Below are positions 8,927-18,928 of a DNA stretch of 64,000 nt, piece after piece. The stretch is from an uncultured Candidatus Saccharibacteria bacterium (GTDB lineage: Bacteria; Patescibacteriota; Minisyncoccia; Phycocordibacterales; CSBR16-119). Below the pieces are notes generated by a model that was given only the letters and a program-made list of their open reading frames with translations, searched no databases and was not told the DNA's origin. Position numbers and translations under genes: made by a program. The stretch is from positions 10,469-74,468 of the forward strand of contig CAZPVH010000004.1 of assembly GCA_964589975.1 (NCBI GenBank). Direction: 5' to 3'. Each line of letters opens with the position of its first letter. The first letter of the stretch is position 1.

Positions 8927-10858
8927 TACCTCGAAGGCCTAAACGATCGGCAGAAAGAGGCCGTCCTTCATAAGGACGGCCCTTTGCTCATTGTCGCTGG
9001 CGCGGGCGCGGGGAAGACAAAGACTATCACACACAGGATTGCGTACCTCATCGAGCAAGGTGTGCCGGGAGAACAAATTCTTGCCGTAACCTTCACAAAC
9101 AAAGCCGCCAAAGAGATGAATGAGCGCGTGCAAAGCTTGGTAGCACTGCCGGATTTCGCCGGGAGACCGACTATTTGTACATTTCACTCGCTGGGTGTCA
9201 GGATCCTTAAAGAAAACGCTAGAGCACTCGGACTTTCGCGATTTTTCCCAATCATGGATGACGATGACAGTATGTCTCTCATTAAAGAATCCATGAAAGA
9301 GCTCGGCATTGATCCGAAGACTGTTTCGCCTCGTTCGGTTCGCTCATTCATCTCGCGCTCGAAGAATGATTTTTTATCGGAGCAGGATTTCTCCGATCAG
9401 AATGTGAAGTCGTATCAGCAAGCCATCAATCTTTCTGTTTGGAAAAAATATGAAGAGAAGAAAAAAGCCGCAGGAGGACTTGATTTTGACGACCTCTTGC
9501 TCGAGACAACAAAGCTTCTTCAGAAGAATCCAGAAATACTCGCGGTATATCATGCTCGCTGGAGATACATTCATGTGGATGAGTATCAAGACACGAATAA
9601 AGTGCAGTATGTGCTGACGCAGCTCCTTGCCAAGGCGAGCCGGAACATCTGTGTGGTTGGTGATGGTGACCAAAATATTTACAGTTGGCGTGGTGCCGAC
9701 ATTGTAAACATCTTGAACTTCGAGAAGGACTATCCCGACGCTAAAGTGGTACTACTCGAGGAGAATTATCGCTCGACGAAGACGATACTTCACGCGGCGA
9801 ACTCAGTTATAAAGAAGAATAAAGAACGAAAAGAAAAGAATTTATTTACATCAAACGATGATGGTGACATGGTCTCACTTTTTGAAGCCTATAACGATAG
9901 AATCGAAGCTGAATTTGTGGCCGAGAAATGCGTCGAGCTCATGGATAAAGGAATTAAGCCGGAAGACATTGCCGTTCTTTATCGCGCGAACTTCCAGTCG
10001 CGTCTTCTGGAAGAAAAGATGCTCACATATTCCGTGCCTTATCAGGTACTTGGGGTTAAATTCTTTGATCGAAGAGAGGTGAAAGATGTTTTGTCGTACC
10101 TGCGGCTCGCGTTTAATCCGAATTCCTCTGTCGATATCCGCCGGGCAATATCTTTCCCAAAGCGCGGGCTCGGGAAAGTCGCTGTCGAGAAAATCCTTGC
10201 AGGAGAAAAGGATAAATTACCGATGAAGACACTTATAAAAGTGAATCAGTTTTTTGAATCTATCGAAAAGATGCGCGAATATGCCGAATCGCATCTTCCA
10301 TCAGAGACGTTGAAGTATGTCATCAAAGCTTCCGGCATAGAAGCGGAACTAAAAGCCGGGAAGTCTGACGACGATATCGACCGGCTTGAAAATGTCATGG
10401 AAATGGTTTCGTTCGCAGCTAAATATGACAGTTTTCCACCGATCGAGGGTATTGAAAAACTTATCGAAGAAGCGAGTCTTGCATCTGATCAGGATTCGCT
10501 CTCGTCCGAAGGCGAGGCGAAGAAAGAAAAGAATAAGCGTGGTGTGAAGCTTATGACCGTGCATGCCTCAAAGGGGCTCGAGTTTAAATACGTGTTCATC
10601 GTCGGACTTGAAGGCGAGCTTTTTCCGCATGTCCGCGACGACATGTCGGATATCGAAGAAGAGCGCCGCTTGTTTTACGTTGCCATTACGCGCGCTCGCG
10701 AGAAACTGTTCCTGACTTACGCCACGCTTCGCCAGCTTTTTGGTGAGACCAAACTCCAAATGCCGTCGCAGTTCCTAAATGATGTCCCGCAGGAAATACT
10801 TTTCCGCGAGGAAAGGGAGTCGAGCGGGTTTGGGAATAATGTGATATATCTAGATTGA
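8921..10858 (+). CDS. pcrA: PcrA/UvrD ATP-dependent DNA helicase
   Basis: AGAGAGKT, VDEYQDTN, VGDGDQNIYSWRGA, LEENYRST, TVHASKGLEF, EERRLFYVAITRA. Confidence 0.96.
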   Translation: MNYLEGLNDRQKEAVLHKDGPLLIVAGAGAGKTKTITHRIAYLIEQGVPGEQILAVTFTNKAAKEMNERVQSLVALPDFAGRPTICTFHSLGVRILKENARALGLSRFFPIMDDDDSMSLIKESMKELGIDPKTVSPRSVRSFISRSKNDFLSEQDFSDQNVKSYQQAINLSVWKKYEEKKKAAGGLDFDDLLLETTKLLQKNPEILAVYHARWRYIHVDEYQDTNKVQYVLTQLLAKASRNICVVGDGDQNIYSWRGADIVNILNFEKDYPDAKVVLLEENYRSTKTILHAANSVIKKNKERKEKNLFTSNDDGDMVSLFEAYNDRIEAEFVAEKCVELMDKGIKPEDIAVLYRANFQSRLLEEKMLTYSVPYQVLGVKFFDRREVKDVLSYLRLAFNPNSSVDIRRAISFPKRGLGKVAVEKILAGEKDKLPMKTLIKVNQFFESIEKMREYAESHLPSETLKYVIKASGIEAELKAGKSDDDIDRLENVMEMVSFAAKYDSFPPIEGIEKLIEEASLASDQDSLSSEGEAKKEKNKRGVKLMTVHASKGLEFKYVFIVGLEGELFPHVRDDMSDIEEERRLFYVAITRAREKLFLTYATLRQLFGETKLQMPSQFLNDVPQEILFREERESSGFGNNVIYLD

Positions 10859-10859
10859 C

Positions 10860-10944
10860 GCTCCGCAAAACATGAGATTTCCTCACCCTGCGGGAGCGCT
10901 TCACTAGGTCCTCGGGATTCGAAAATCTCATGTTTTGACTCCGC
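10860..10944 (+). repeat. GCTCCGC-family structured repeat (short copy)
   Basis: Perfect 15-bp IR CAAAACATGAGATTT/AAATCTCATGTTTTG, core CCTCAC-CCTGCGGG, CTCCGC at both ends. Confidence 0.75.
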
Positions 10945-10972
10945 TAAGAGTAATTTGATTAATAGAATGATT

Positions 10973-11773
10973 ATGCGACCAAAGAAATCACTCGGGCAGA
11001 ATTTTTTGAAGAGCGGAAAAGCGCTCGGGGATATTGTTCGTGCGGGGGAGGTGAGTGCCGATGATGTGGTGCTAGAAATTGGTCCGGGGAAGGGAGCGCT
11101 GACGGAGAAACTCCTCGAAACCGGCGCGAAAGTTTTCGCCGTCGAAAAAGATCGTGATTTGATTCCACTTCTCACAGAAAAATTCGCTACATACATTGCT
11201 TCCGGAAAACTAACCCTCATCGAAGCCGACATCCTCGACTTCAATCCTTTAAGCTATAAGCTAAAAGCTAACAGCTATAAGCTCATGGGCAACATCCCGT
11301 ACTACATCACGGGCGCCATCATCCGAAAATTCTTGGAGTCCGATTATCAACCATCGCTTGCCGTTTTTCTAGTCCAAAAAGAAGTCACGGAGAGAATCGT
11401 CGCGCGTGATGGGAAGGAATCGATCTTGTCGCTCTCAGTCAAAGCTTACGGCGAGCCAAAACTCGTGGCCAAAGTCCCAAAAAGATACTTTACTCCGGAA
11501 CCGAAGGTCGATTCAGCCGTGCTTTTAATCGACAATATAAGTAAAAAGAATTTTCGAAATCTCAAGGAGGACGACTTTTTCTTCTTGGTTAAAGCAGCTT
11601 TCGGCCAAAAGAGGAAGACAATGCTAAAAAACCTTACCGGAGCCGGGATTTCCAGGGAAAATCTGGTATTTCAGGCCGAAAATATGGGGCTTGATCCGAA
11701 AATAAGGGCCGAAGACCTAACCATTCAGCAATTTCTGTCTTTAACGAAGGCTCTTTTCCCGAATAAACAGTAG
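10973..11773 (+). CDS. rsmA: 16S rRNA m6,2A1518/1519 dimethyltransferase
   Basis: KKSLGQNFL, LEIGPGKGALT, GNIPYYIT, PEPKVDSAV. Confidence 0.95.
   Translation: MRPKKSLGQNFLKSGKALGDIVRAGEVSADDVVLEIGPGKGALTEKLLETGAKVFAVEKDRDLIPLLTEKFATYIASGKLTLIEADILDFNPLSYKLKANSYKLMGNIPYYITGAIIRKFLESDYQPSLAVFLVQKEVTERIVARDGKESILSLSVKAYGEPKLVAKVPKRYFTPEPKVDSAVLLIDNISKKNFRNLKEDDFFFLVKAAFGQKRKTMLKNLTGAGISRENLVFQAENMGLDPKIRAEDLTIQQFLSLTKALFPNKQ
11251..11283. repeat. In-frame heptamer array inside rsmA
   Basis: aagctat aagctaa aagctaa cagctat aagct encodes SYKLKANSYKL. Confidence 0.7.
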
Positions 11774-11803
11774 CAAAAACGAGATCCTTGCTATGATAGC
11801 GGT

Positions 11804-12163
11804 ATGAAAGCATTGCGCTATTTATTTTTAATTGTTTTGATTGCGGCCCCCTTATTAACGCTTGCTGCAGTTCTCAGGCCCTTTGGCGGACGCATAGCAA
11901 CAGCGCCTACGCCAGGAGTCTCATGTCCGGCCGGTAAACAGCCCGGCAGTCCTTTTACTGTATTGCCGGTGACACCAATGCCGCCATGGCTAATGGTCGG
12001 AGACTATCATCCCATCTCTACAAAATACCAGCTTGTTCCAAGTGCTTGGATTCTCGGTTTATATATACCTACTCCTATCCCAGAGTGCGCCTCCAACTCT
12101 CTCCCGCCAGTGCCTGTAAGTGGTTTTAGGACGTATATGCACGGAACTTCTGTTTCTTATTAA
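11804..12163 (+). CDS. Small secreted Pro-rich protein
   Basis: Signal peptide, two Cys; TGC-TATGAT-6nt-ATG. Confidence 0.7.
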   Translation: MKALRYLFLIVLIAAPLLTLAAVLRPFGGRIATAPTPGVSCPAGKQPGSPFTVLPVTPMPPWLMVGDYHPISTKYQLVPSAWILGLYIPTPIPECASNSLPPVPVSGFRTYMHGTSVSY

Positions 12164-12173
12164 GCAATACAAT

Positions 12174-13079
12174 ATGAACTCAAAGTATCTTCCCAGCAGA
12201 AAATTTGTCATCTTCATCGGCTCAGCCATTCTTCTCGGCGTCCTGATTTGGGTTGGCTCGATGGTCCTCGGGAAGAGCGCGACATATACGAAAAAAGAAA
12301 AAGACAACTCTGTTGCCGGCTCTAGCGAATCAGAGAATTTTTACACCATGGACTCGGACAAAGACGATATCTATGACTGGGAAGAGGGGCTTTGGGGCAC
12401 GGACCCGAACAAAGCCGACACGGACGGCGACGGGGTAAGTGATGGCGAGGATATAAAAGAAAGGAAGGAGGCAATCCAAGATAGAAATGACATAGAAGGG
12501 GAAATAGCGCTTTCTGAAGATTTGAATCAAACAGAAATATTTGCCCGGCAGCTATTTTCAGCTGCATCGCTCGCCAATCAAAGTGGCGGGTTGTCGCCAG
12601 AGTCGCTTAACAACTTTTCTGAGTCGTTTGGTAAATCGATCTCTGGTGCCAGCATTGCTGATCTCTACCGTCCATCTGACCTGAAACTCGGCCAAGTATC
12701 GGCTGCAGAATACAAGAAAGACTTATCGATGATTTTCAAGCCGTACCTGGATTCTAAGTTGTCGACTGAAAGCGCAATATATCTAATGTCTACCGGCAAT
12801 GTTTCGGCAGAAACGGATATTGAAAAGCTTGCCGAGCTGCATCATGGCATCTCTAACTCGCTCGCCTCACTCGAAGTGCCTTTTGCTGTAGCTGGACCGC
12901 ATCTTGCGATGGCCAATAATTCGGCCAAGATCTCGCTCGCTCTTCTGAATCTGAAGAATTTGGAGCAGGATCCAATACTTGCCATGATCGGCCTGCGACA
13001 GTACTTCGAATATTCGACGGAATATGAGAAAGCTTTATCTGATCTCTCCGCATATTTCAAAGCTAATGGTATAATTTAA
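12174..13079 (+). CDS. Membrane-anchored protein with thrombospondin type 3-like Ca-binding motif
   Basis: N-terminal TM; DSDKDDIYDWEE..GTDPNKADTDGDGVSDGE. Confidence 0.8.
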   Translation: MNSKYLPSRKFVIFIGSAILLGVLIWVGSMVLGKSATYTKKEKDNSVAGSSESENFYTMDSDKDDIYDWEEGLWGTDPNKADTDGDGVSDGEDIKERKEAIQDRNDIEGEIALSEDLNQTEIFARQLFSAASLANQSGGLSPESLNNFSESFGKSISGASIADLYRPSDLKLGQVSAAEYKKDLSMIFKPYLDSKLSTESAIYLMSTGNVSAETDIEKLAELHHGISNSLASLEVPFAVAGPHLAMANNSAKISLALLNLKNLEQDPILAMIGLRQYFEYSTEYEKALSDLSAYFKANGII

Positions 13080-15356
13080 ATGTTTTTTATGACTGGACGC
13101 AAAGCTCTGAAAATAATCCTCTCGCTTTTCCTTATAGCAACAATCATGGCGCCAAACGCCCTGCCTTTTTCCGCGAAGTATGCTGCGGCCCAAAGCGCAA
13201 ATGGGGAGCTAAGCGGTTCAGCTGGGACGGGCTTCAATGCTGGGGGAATAATCGCTTCGGCCATCTCGTGTTCTGGTCTCATGGATAAACTGGCTAGTGC
13301 GCTCTCAAGCCTTTTTTCGGTCACCGAAGTTCCGGTCGGCGACGCAGGACTCCGAACAAAGGAGAACTGCATGGACGCTATCGTCCATCAACTCGTAGTT
13401 ATGATCCTCGACAAGATTACGCTTGCGACTGTTGACTGGATTAATAGCGGTTTCGAGGGTCAGCCGCTATATCTTTCTGATCCTGAAGATTTTTTCACAA
13501 ATATTGCCCAGGATGAAATCAATCGTGTTACTGGTTGGTATGGTTGCACGACTGGAAATGTGAATTGCGGCGAAGACTATCCTTTCGGTCAGATTGTCAT
13601 GAGTAATATCATATCGACAATTCAAAGTCAGCTGGCAGCCAATGTCAGATTTTCACTAAACCAGGTTTTGGCTCACGGAACATACGAAGAATACAAGTTT
13701 GATTTCAATGTCGGTGGCTGGGCCGGGTATACAGCCATGCTTCAGCCTAACAACAACATTTTCGGCAACAATTTACTTATTAACAAAGAACTCGGTCGCA
13801 GGATTGGCGGTACATCAATGACTATCAGTCAGAATTTCAAAGCCCAGGTTACTGAGTCCGGAGGTTTTTTGAATCAGCGACGTTGTGTCCTTACCGCTAC
13901 AAACGATCCTGGCGACTACTATATTCCTAAAGACGACGAGATGCATGTTCCTCCTGGAGGACCAATTCCGCAGGCGGTTTACAATGCCGCCAATATGAAC
14001 GGCCCGTACGACGTGCCGACCGAGACGCAACAAGCAACCCTTACCGAGTACACTCTTCGGAGCGAATGCAAAGAGTGGCGCACGACAACTCCCGGAAACA
14101 TCGTCTCGAGCAAAATTACCAGCGCTCTTAACATTTCTGATAACAAATTGATCCAAGCCGATGAAATTTCCGAGAGCCTCGGCCTCATCTTTGACGCGCT
14201 CATCAACCAGCTTGTGAATACCGGCCTTGAATCCCTGAGCTCCTTCGCTTCGAGCGACGGAGGCGGCGGAGGACTCAACAGCGTCTTGGTGGCCCAGGTC
14301 AACGGCGAGCAGCCAGGACAAGTGACGAACGGACAGGCTCCACCTCCGGCTATTGATGCCATTACCGGTACAGGTTACTCGCAAGAGCCGCTACTTTTGG
14401 TACAGCAGCAGTATATCCAGCTTGCTCAACAGGCTGTTCCACAGCTTGATACCCTTATGAAGAAAATACGGGCGCTTGATTATTGTGTTCCTGGACCTCA
14501 TCCTTCTTGGCTTGACGAAGCAGAGGAAAATTTCCAGAACGTGCTTCTGTCCGTACAGCCGTTTGTTTCAAGTAATCCTGATTCCGGCGATGCTGAAGAA
14601 GAAAATCAGTCCTATTATGCCGCTGCCATTAATACCATTACCGGAATCAATATCTCTGAAAGTCCCGCGATGCATAACCATACGCAGTTCACGGCGTTTA
14701 TGAATAACGTCTTTAACAAGTACGCGGCCAGGATGCAGGATACTGCTAACATGGGCTACAGCAGGTTCTTGGCGCCGCCGGCGACTCGAGTTTTCTTGCA
14801 GAACCTGATGGATGAAATGGAAACCTACCAGACGACCTATGATAATTTGAATGAATATTTGACCAACATTACTTCATATATGCCGCAACTGATACAAATT
14901 GACGCTGCGCTCAACGATTTGGCTGATGGAAATGGAGGCGTCTTGGACGAAGATGATCCGCAGGTCCAGGCGCAAATCTCTTTGTTTAATAGTATTTCCG
15001 ATCACTTTGCCACAGAGGCTCAGCTCGACTACCTGGAGGTTAATTATGTTCTATATCAGAACCGTGAGACAACGGTTAATAGTCATATAAACAGTTGCTT
15101 GGCCGAAACGGTGAACGTTCCGTATCAGCCGGATCAACGAGTCATGTATCCGACTCCGATCCTGCCAACATACCAGCAGAACGATGGCGCCGAAATACCT
15201 ACTAACATGCCGAATTTCGATGACGCTTTCCTTCCGGGTGTTGATTTTACAGACAACACTAACGGTGGAGATATCGATGTCTCGTTCGAAAATGTTCAAA
15301 TTATTGGTTCTGAGCCTCTTACCATCTTTGAAACGGTTCTGCAATCAGTCTATTAA
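13080..15356 (+). CDS. Large secreted protein of the T4SS-like locus
   Basis: Signal peptide, 758 aa, TVDWINSGFEGQP region, adjacent to VirB6-like gene. Confidence 0.75.
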   Translation: MFFMTGRKALKIILSLFLIATIMAPNALPFSAKYAAAQSANGELSGSAGTGFNAGGIIASAISCSGLMDKLASALSSLFSVTEVPVGDAGLRTKENCMDAIVHQLVVMILDKITLATVDWINSGFEGQPLYLSDPEDFFTNIAQDEINRVTGWYGCTTGNVNCGEDYPFGQIVMSNIISTIQSQLAANVRFSLNQVLAHGTYEEYKFDFNVGGWAGYTAMLQPNNNIFGNNLLINKELGRRIGGTSMTISQNFKAQVTESGGFLNQRRCVLTATNDPGDYYIPKDDEMHVPPGGPIPQAVYNAANMNGPYDVPTETQQATLTEYTLRSECKEWRTTTPGNIVSSKITSALNISDNKLIQADEISESLGLIFDALINQLVNTGLESLSSFASSDGGGGGLNSVLVAQVNGEQPGQVTNGQAPPPAIDAITGTGYSQEPLLLVQQQYIQLAQQAVPQLDTLMKKIRALDYCVPGPHPSWLDEAEENFQNVLLSVQPFVSSNPDSGDAEEENQSYYAAAINTITGINISESPAMHNHTQFTAFMNNVFNKYAARMQDTANMGYSRFLAPPATRVFLQNLMDEMETYQTTYDNLNEYLTNITSYMPQLIQIDAALNDLADGNGGVLDEDDPQVQAQISLFNSISDHFATEAQLDYLEVNYVLYQNRETTVNSHINSCLAETVNVPYQPDQRVMYPTPILPTYQQNDGAEIPTNMPNFDDAFLPGVDFTDNTNGGDIDVSFENVQIIGSEPLTIFETVLQSVY

Positions 15357-15448
15357 GGATAAAAGGTCGGATTTGCACACATTAGAGCCCCGGAAACGGG
15401 GCTCTGGTGCTATAATCTCCATATGCTTGCGCCTTTTGCGCACGATTA

Positions 15449-17788
15449 ATGAAAAAGAAATTCGGCATTGCCATAATGTTTTTTTCGATTGTTCTTGGAA
15501 CTGTTTTTGTTCCGGCTTTTTCAGCATATGCTCAGGCCAATGTCGACACATCTGACTACAACGACTATGAAGCAAGGCTTCAGGATTGCGGGGTTCTGGG
15601 AGATTCCAACCTGACAGCCTGTCTTGTCGAGGCTTTGTATTACTTGGTGCTGACGCCTTCGGCTTGGTTCGCCCGCGTGACTGGTGAACTGTTCGATTAT
15701 TTCGTCCAGTATTCCCTCGACACGAATTCATACCGTGGGAATGACAATTTTATTGAACGCGGTTGGTCTATAGTTCGTGATATTGGAAACGTCCTATTTA
15801 TCTTTGCTCTTCTTTATATTGCCATCACGCACATACTCCAAGCTGGTACGTCAGGGACAAAGAAATTTCTAATCAATCTCATCATTGCGGCGCTGCTGAT
15901 TAACTTCTCGCTCTTTTTCTCTCGCGTCATCATAGATGGTGGGAATGTTCTGGCTCGCGCGTTCTATAACAACATAGAGATCCCGAATGACGACAACCTG
16001 CAGTATCACACTATCTCCCAGGGAATCGTGATGCATGTTAATCCGCAGCGCCTGCTTGGCTCCGAACTTTTTACGCCAAAATATTCGAGTGATCCTGATG
16101 TGCCAGAAGGAAAAGTCGATAACGGGTATGCGGCACTAATTCTCGGTATGGCCACAGCAGTCAATATTGTCATGGGGATCACGTTTCTCTCTGTTGCGCT
16201 TCTCTTCGTTGGTCGCGTTGTGGGACTATGGTTCTTGATGATCTTCTCGCCGTTTGCGCTGGCTTCTATTGCTGTTCCAAATTCCGGCAAGATCTTTGGT
16301 CAGTTTAGCTGGAGCGGCTGGATCGATCAGATATTGAAGCTTTCATTCATGGCGCCGGTCTTCCTGTTTTTCCTCTTTCTCCTCATCATGTTCCTCCAAA
16401 TCATTTTCCAGACGAACGTATCTGACGCTGACAAGACGACAGTGCAGTGGATTCTCGATGTTGTCATACCATTTGTCATGGTCATATTTATTCTCAATAA
16501 GGCAAAGAAAGTCGCGGCAGACATGGCTGGGGAAGCGGGCAGCGCGGTCAAGAGCGCGGTTGGTTCTGCCGCAGGGTTTGCTGTCAGCACTGTGGGTCTC
16601 GGTATTGGGGCTACAGCATACATTGGCCGTAATACTGTCGGTAGGCTCGCATCTTCGTCGATAAAACGTCAACAGTTCCAAGAACGAGTTGCTTTGAATA
16701 ATATGAAAGCCAAGGAGTCTGAGCGAAAAGCTGAACAAGCTACGAACGAAAAAGAACGGTTGGCTCATATTCGTGACGCAGAAAAAGCTCGAGCAGCTGC
16801 GGTAAGAAATGCGATGGTTGTCAATCGAATGGATAAATTTAGAAAGGGTAGCTGGGATATCAGGAAGACCGACTGGATGAAGAAACAAGGAGGCCTGGCC
16901 GGAGTTGCTTATGATGTTGGCGCGAAAGCGGGTGGCTGGTCAAAGTCTCTGGCAGGGGAGTTATTTGATTCAAAGACTAAACTTGATATCGGTAAAGCCA
17001 AAGACACGAGTCGTTCGAAATACGAGGAGGATCAGAAAAAGAAGGATCTTGAAAAGGCAAAACTTTATGATGTGCAGGATCGAGGTGATCTTGAAATGAT
17101 CAAATACGAAGCGCGCAAAGGCTTGAATGGCAAGACGGAAGCTATAGAACGCATTGATGAATACATAGAAGAAACTACTAATTCCAAGAAGATTACAGAA
17201 ACGGAAAGAGAGAGACGGCTTAAAGATGCAGAGAATTGGAAGAAGGCGCTGGTCGCTGCTGTCACTGATAAGGATGTTATAGATGTTATATCGGGTAAAA
17301 AAGCTCAAGAAATTGATAATCCTGCATATCAAGATCTGAAAGAATCGCTGGAAGAGAAGCAGACTCGCAGAAATGAACTGCAGGCAATAAAAAAACGCGA
17401 AGGAAGACTCTTGCCTGAAGAGGAAAGGGAGTTGAATGGACTAGATGGAGAAATAGCGGCAACTAATTTGGAATTGAAGAAAACGAAACAAAAGATAGCT
17501 GACCCTGACAACCCTGGTTATTCTGGCGTTGAAGATCACGCGAAAACAATAGCGGGACAAGCAAGAGACGGCTACGCCACCATTGTTGAGAATAAAAATA
17601 TTACCAACGATATATTTAATCTTGGGGTAGGAAAGAGGGAAGCTGCGGCCAGGGCTGATGAAATAAGACGAGGCGTAAAGCCAGATGACTGGAAAGACAA
17701 GTTCAAGAAACTAGCAAAAGAGGTTGGAATGGATGAAAAACCAAAAGATGAACCAAAGTCTGATGATGGAGGAGGTGATAAAAAATAA
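15449..17788 (+). CDS. VirB6/TrbL-like polytopic membrane protein with charged C-terminal tail
   Basis: GWSIVRDIGNVLFIFALLYIA, LLINFSLFFSRVIID, multiple TMs, operon context with PrgI and VirB4. Confidence 0.7.
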   Translation: MKKKFGIAIMFFSIVLGTVFVPAFSAYAQANVDTSDYNDYEARLQDCGVLGDSNLTACLVEALYYLVLTPSAWFARVTGELFDYFVQYSLDTNSYRGNDNFIERGWSIVRDIGNVLFIFALLYIAITHILQAGTSGTKKFLINLIIAALLINFSLFFSRVIIDGGNVLARAFYNNIEIPNDDNLQYHTISQGIVMHVNPQRLLGSELFTPKYSSDPDVPEGKVDNGYAALILGMATAVNIVMGITFLSVALLFVGRVVGLWFLMIFSPFALASIAVPNSGKIFGQFSWSGWIDQILKLSFMAPVFLFFLFLLIMFLQIIFQTNVSDADKTTVQWILDVVIPFVMVIFILNKAKKVAADMAGEAGSAVKSAVGSAAGFAVSTVGLGIGATAYIGRNTVGRLASSSIKRQQFQERVALNNMKAKESERKAEQATNEKERLAHIRDAEKARAAAVRNAMVVNRMDKFRKGSWDIRKTDWMKKQGGLAGVAYDVGAKAGGWSKSLAGELFDSKTKLDIGKAKDTSRSKYEEDQKKKDLEKAKLYDVQDRGDLEMIKYEARKGLNGKTEAIERIDEYIEETTNSKKITETERERRLKDAENWKKALVAAVTDKDVIDVISGKKAQEIDNPAYQDLKESLEEKQTRRNELQAIKKREGRLLPEEERELNGLDGEIAATNLELKKTKQKIADPDNPGYSGVEDHAKTIAGQARDGYATIVENKNITNDIFNLGVGKREAAARADEIRRGVKPDDWKDKFKKLAKEVGMDEKPKDEPKSDDGGGDKK

Positions 17789-17797
17789 AATAAGATC

Positions 17798-18466
17798 ATG
17801 ACGGTAACATCACCTGACAAGTTAATAGAAGAACATTTGGCATCCCTGCCTGAGCCTATTAAAAAGGCCATCGCTTCTTTCGACTGGGCGAGGGAGGTCT
17901 TCGATATTGGTCGAAAGCATAACATGCATATCGATCGCATTGGCGAGCTTCAAACTGAAGTCATGCTTGTCGTATTGGGACTCATTTCTCCTCGGGATTT
18001 CCAGACTGAACTAATGGAGCGAATCGAGCCTAATCACGATATTGCTATAGAAGTTTCTGACGAGGTGAATAAACGCGTCTTTATCCGGATCCGGGAATTC
18101 ATGAAAAAGTATTATGAGGACGACGGCACGCCAAAAGCTGTGGCGGAACCACCCGACGCCATAAAATCCGCCGAGAAAAAGGTGCTTAATGGCGCGGGAA
18201 TTCGGCTTGAGGGCGACCCTGAGCCTGAACCAGCGAAAATCACCATGGGTCCCGCGTCCATTTCGTCCGAAGAAGATGGAATCATCTCGCTTGGATCGTA
18301 TGATGACTCTGATTCGGCAGCGCCAACTCCGAAAATAGATCCGATCGTGCAGAAAGTCGCGCAGACGATGGAGAAACAGGAAGTCAGACCGTCGCCAATC
18401 ACTGTCATCAAGGCCGAGAATGCGCCAAAAGGTTTTTTGGATCCGTATAGAGAAGTTGTTGAGTAA
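17798..18466 (+). CDS. Hypothetical protein ending in DPYRE motif
   Basis: 222-aa ORF in operon; helical N-terminus, disordered C-terminus. Confidence 0.75.
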   Translation: MTVTSPDKLIEEHLASLPEPIKKAIASFDWAREVFDIGRKHNMHIDRIGELQTEVMLVVLGLISPRDFQTELMERIEPNHDIAIEVSDEVNKRVFIRIREFMKKYYEDDGTPKAVAEPPDAIKSAEKKVLNGAGIRLEGDPEPEPAKITMGPASISSEEDGIISLGSYDDSDSAAPTPKIDPIVQKVAQTMEKQEVRPSPITVIKAENAPKGFLDPYREVVE

Positions 18467-18912
18467 GTAGAAAGTAGTAAGTCGTAAGTCGCACGAACGA
18501 TGAACGAGCAAATAAAAAGAGGGCACAAGGATCTTGTAGTATGGCAAAAGGCCATGGACTTGGTCGAGGAAATTTATAAGTTGATTAAAGAGCTTCCAAA
18601 GGATGAGAAGTTTAATCTGGTTTCACAGATAAGCAGATCAGCTGTATCTATACCCTCAAATATTGCCGAAGGGTATAGAAGGGGGTCTGATAAATCATTC
18701 AAACAATTTTTATTAATTGCCTTCGGTTCAAGCGCCGAACTTGAAACTCAAATTGAGCTGGTCAAGAGACTGGTTTTAGCCCCCAATTTTGATTTTAAAG
18801 CAGTTGATAATCTCTTGTCTGACACCATGAGATTACTGAACGCTTTCATAAAGAAACTAGGTTGATCAAAGAGTTATCCGTGCTACTTACGACTTCCGAC
18901 TTCCAACTTACT
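18462..18912 (+). mobile_element. Four-helix-bundle cassette bounded by inverted heptamer arrays
   Basis: 34-nt arms 18462-18495 and 18879-18912 match 29/34 as reverse complements; unit GTAAGTC. Confidence 0.6.
18500..18865 (+). CDS. Four helix bundle protein (23S rRNA IVP-like family)
   Basis: DLVVWQKAMDL, LPKDEKFNLVSQISRSAVSIPSNIAEG, GSSAELETQ. Confidence 0.93.
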   Translation: MNEQIKRGHKDLVVWQKAMDLVEEIYKLIKELPKDEKFNLVSQISRSAVSIPSNIAEGYRRGSDKSFKQFLLIAFGSSAELETQIELVKRLVLAPNFDFKAVDNLLSDTMRLLNAFIKKLG

Positions 18913-18928
18913 GCGTTATAATTAACTC

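Noticed and set aside
18500-18865. Diversity-generating retroelement (Avd-like gene)
   Set aside because: No reverse transcriptase or TR/VR repeat pair seen in the window
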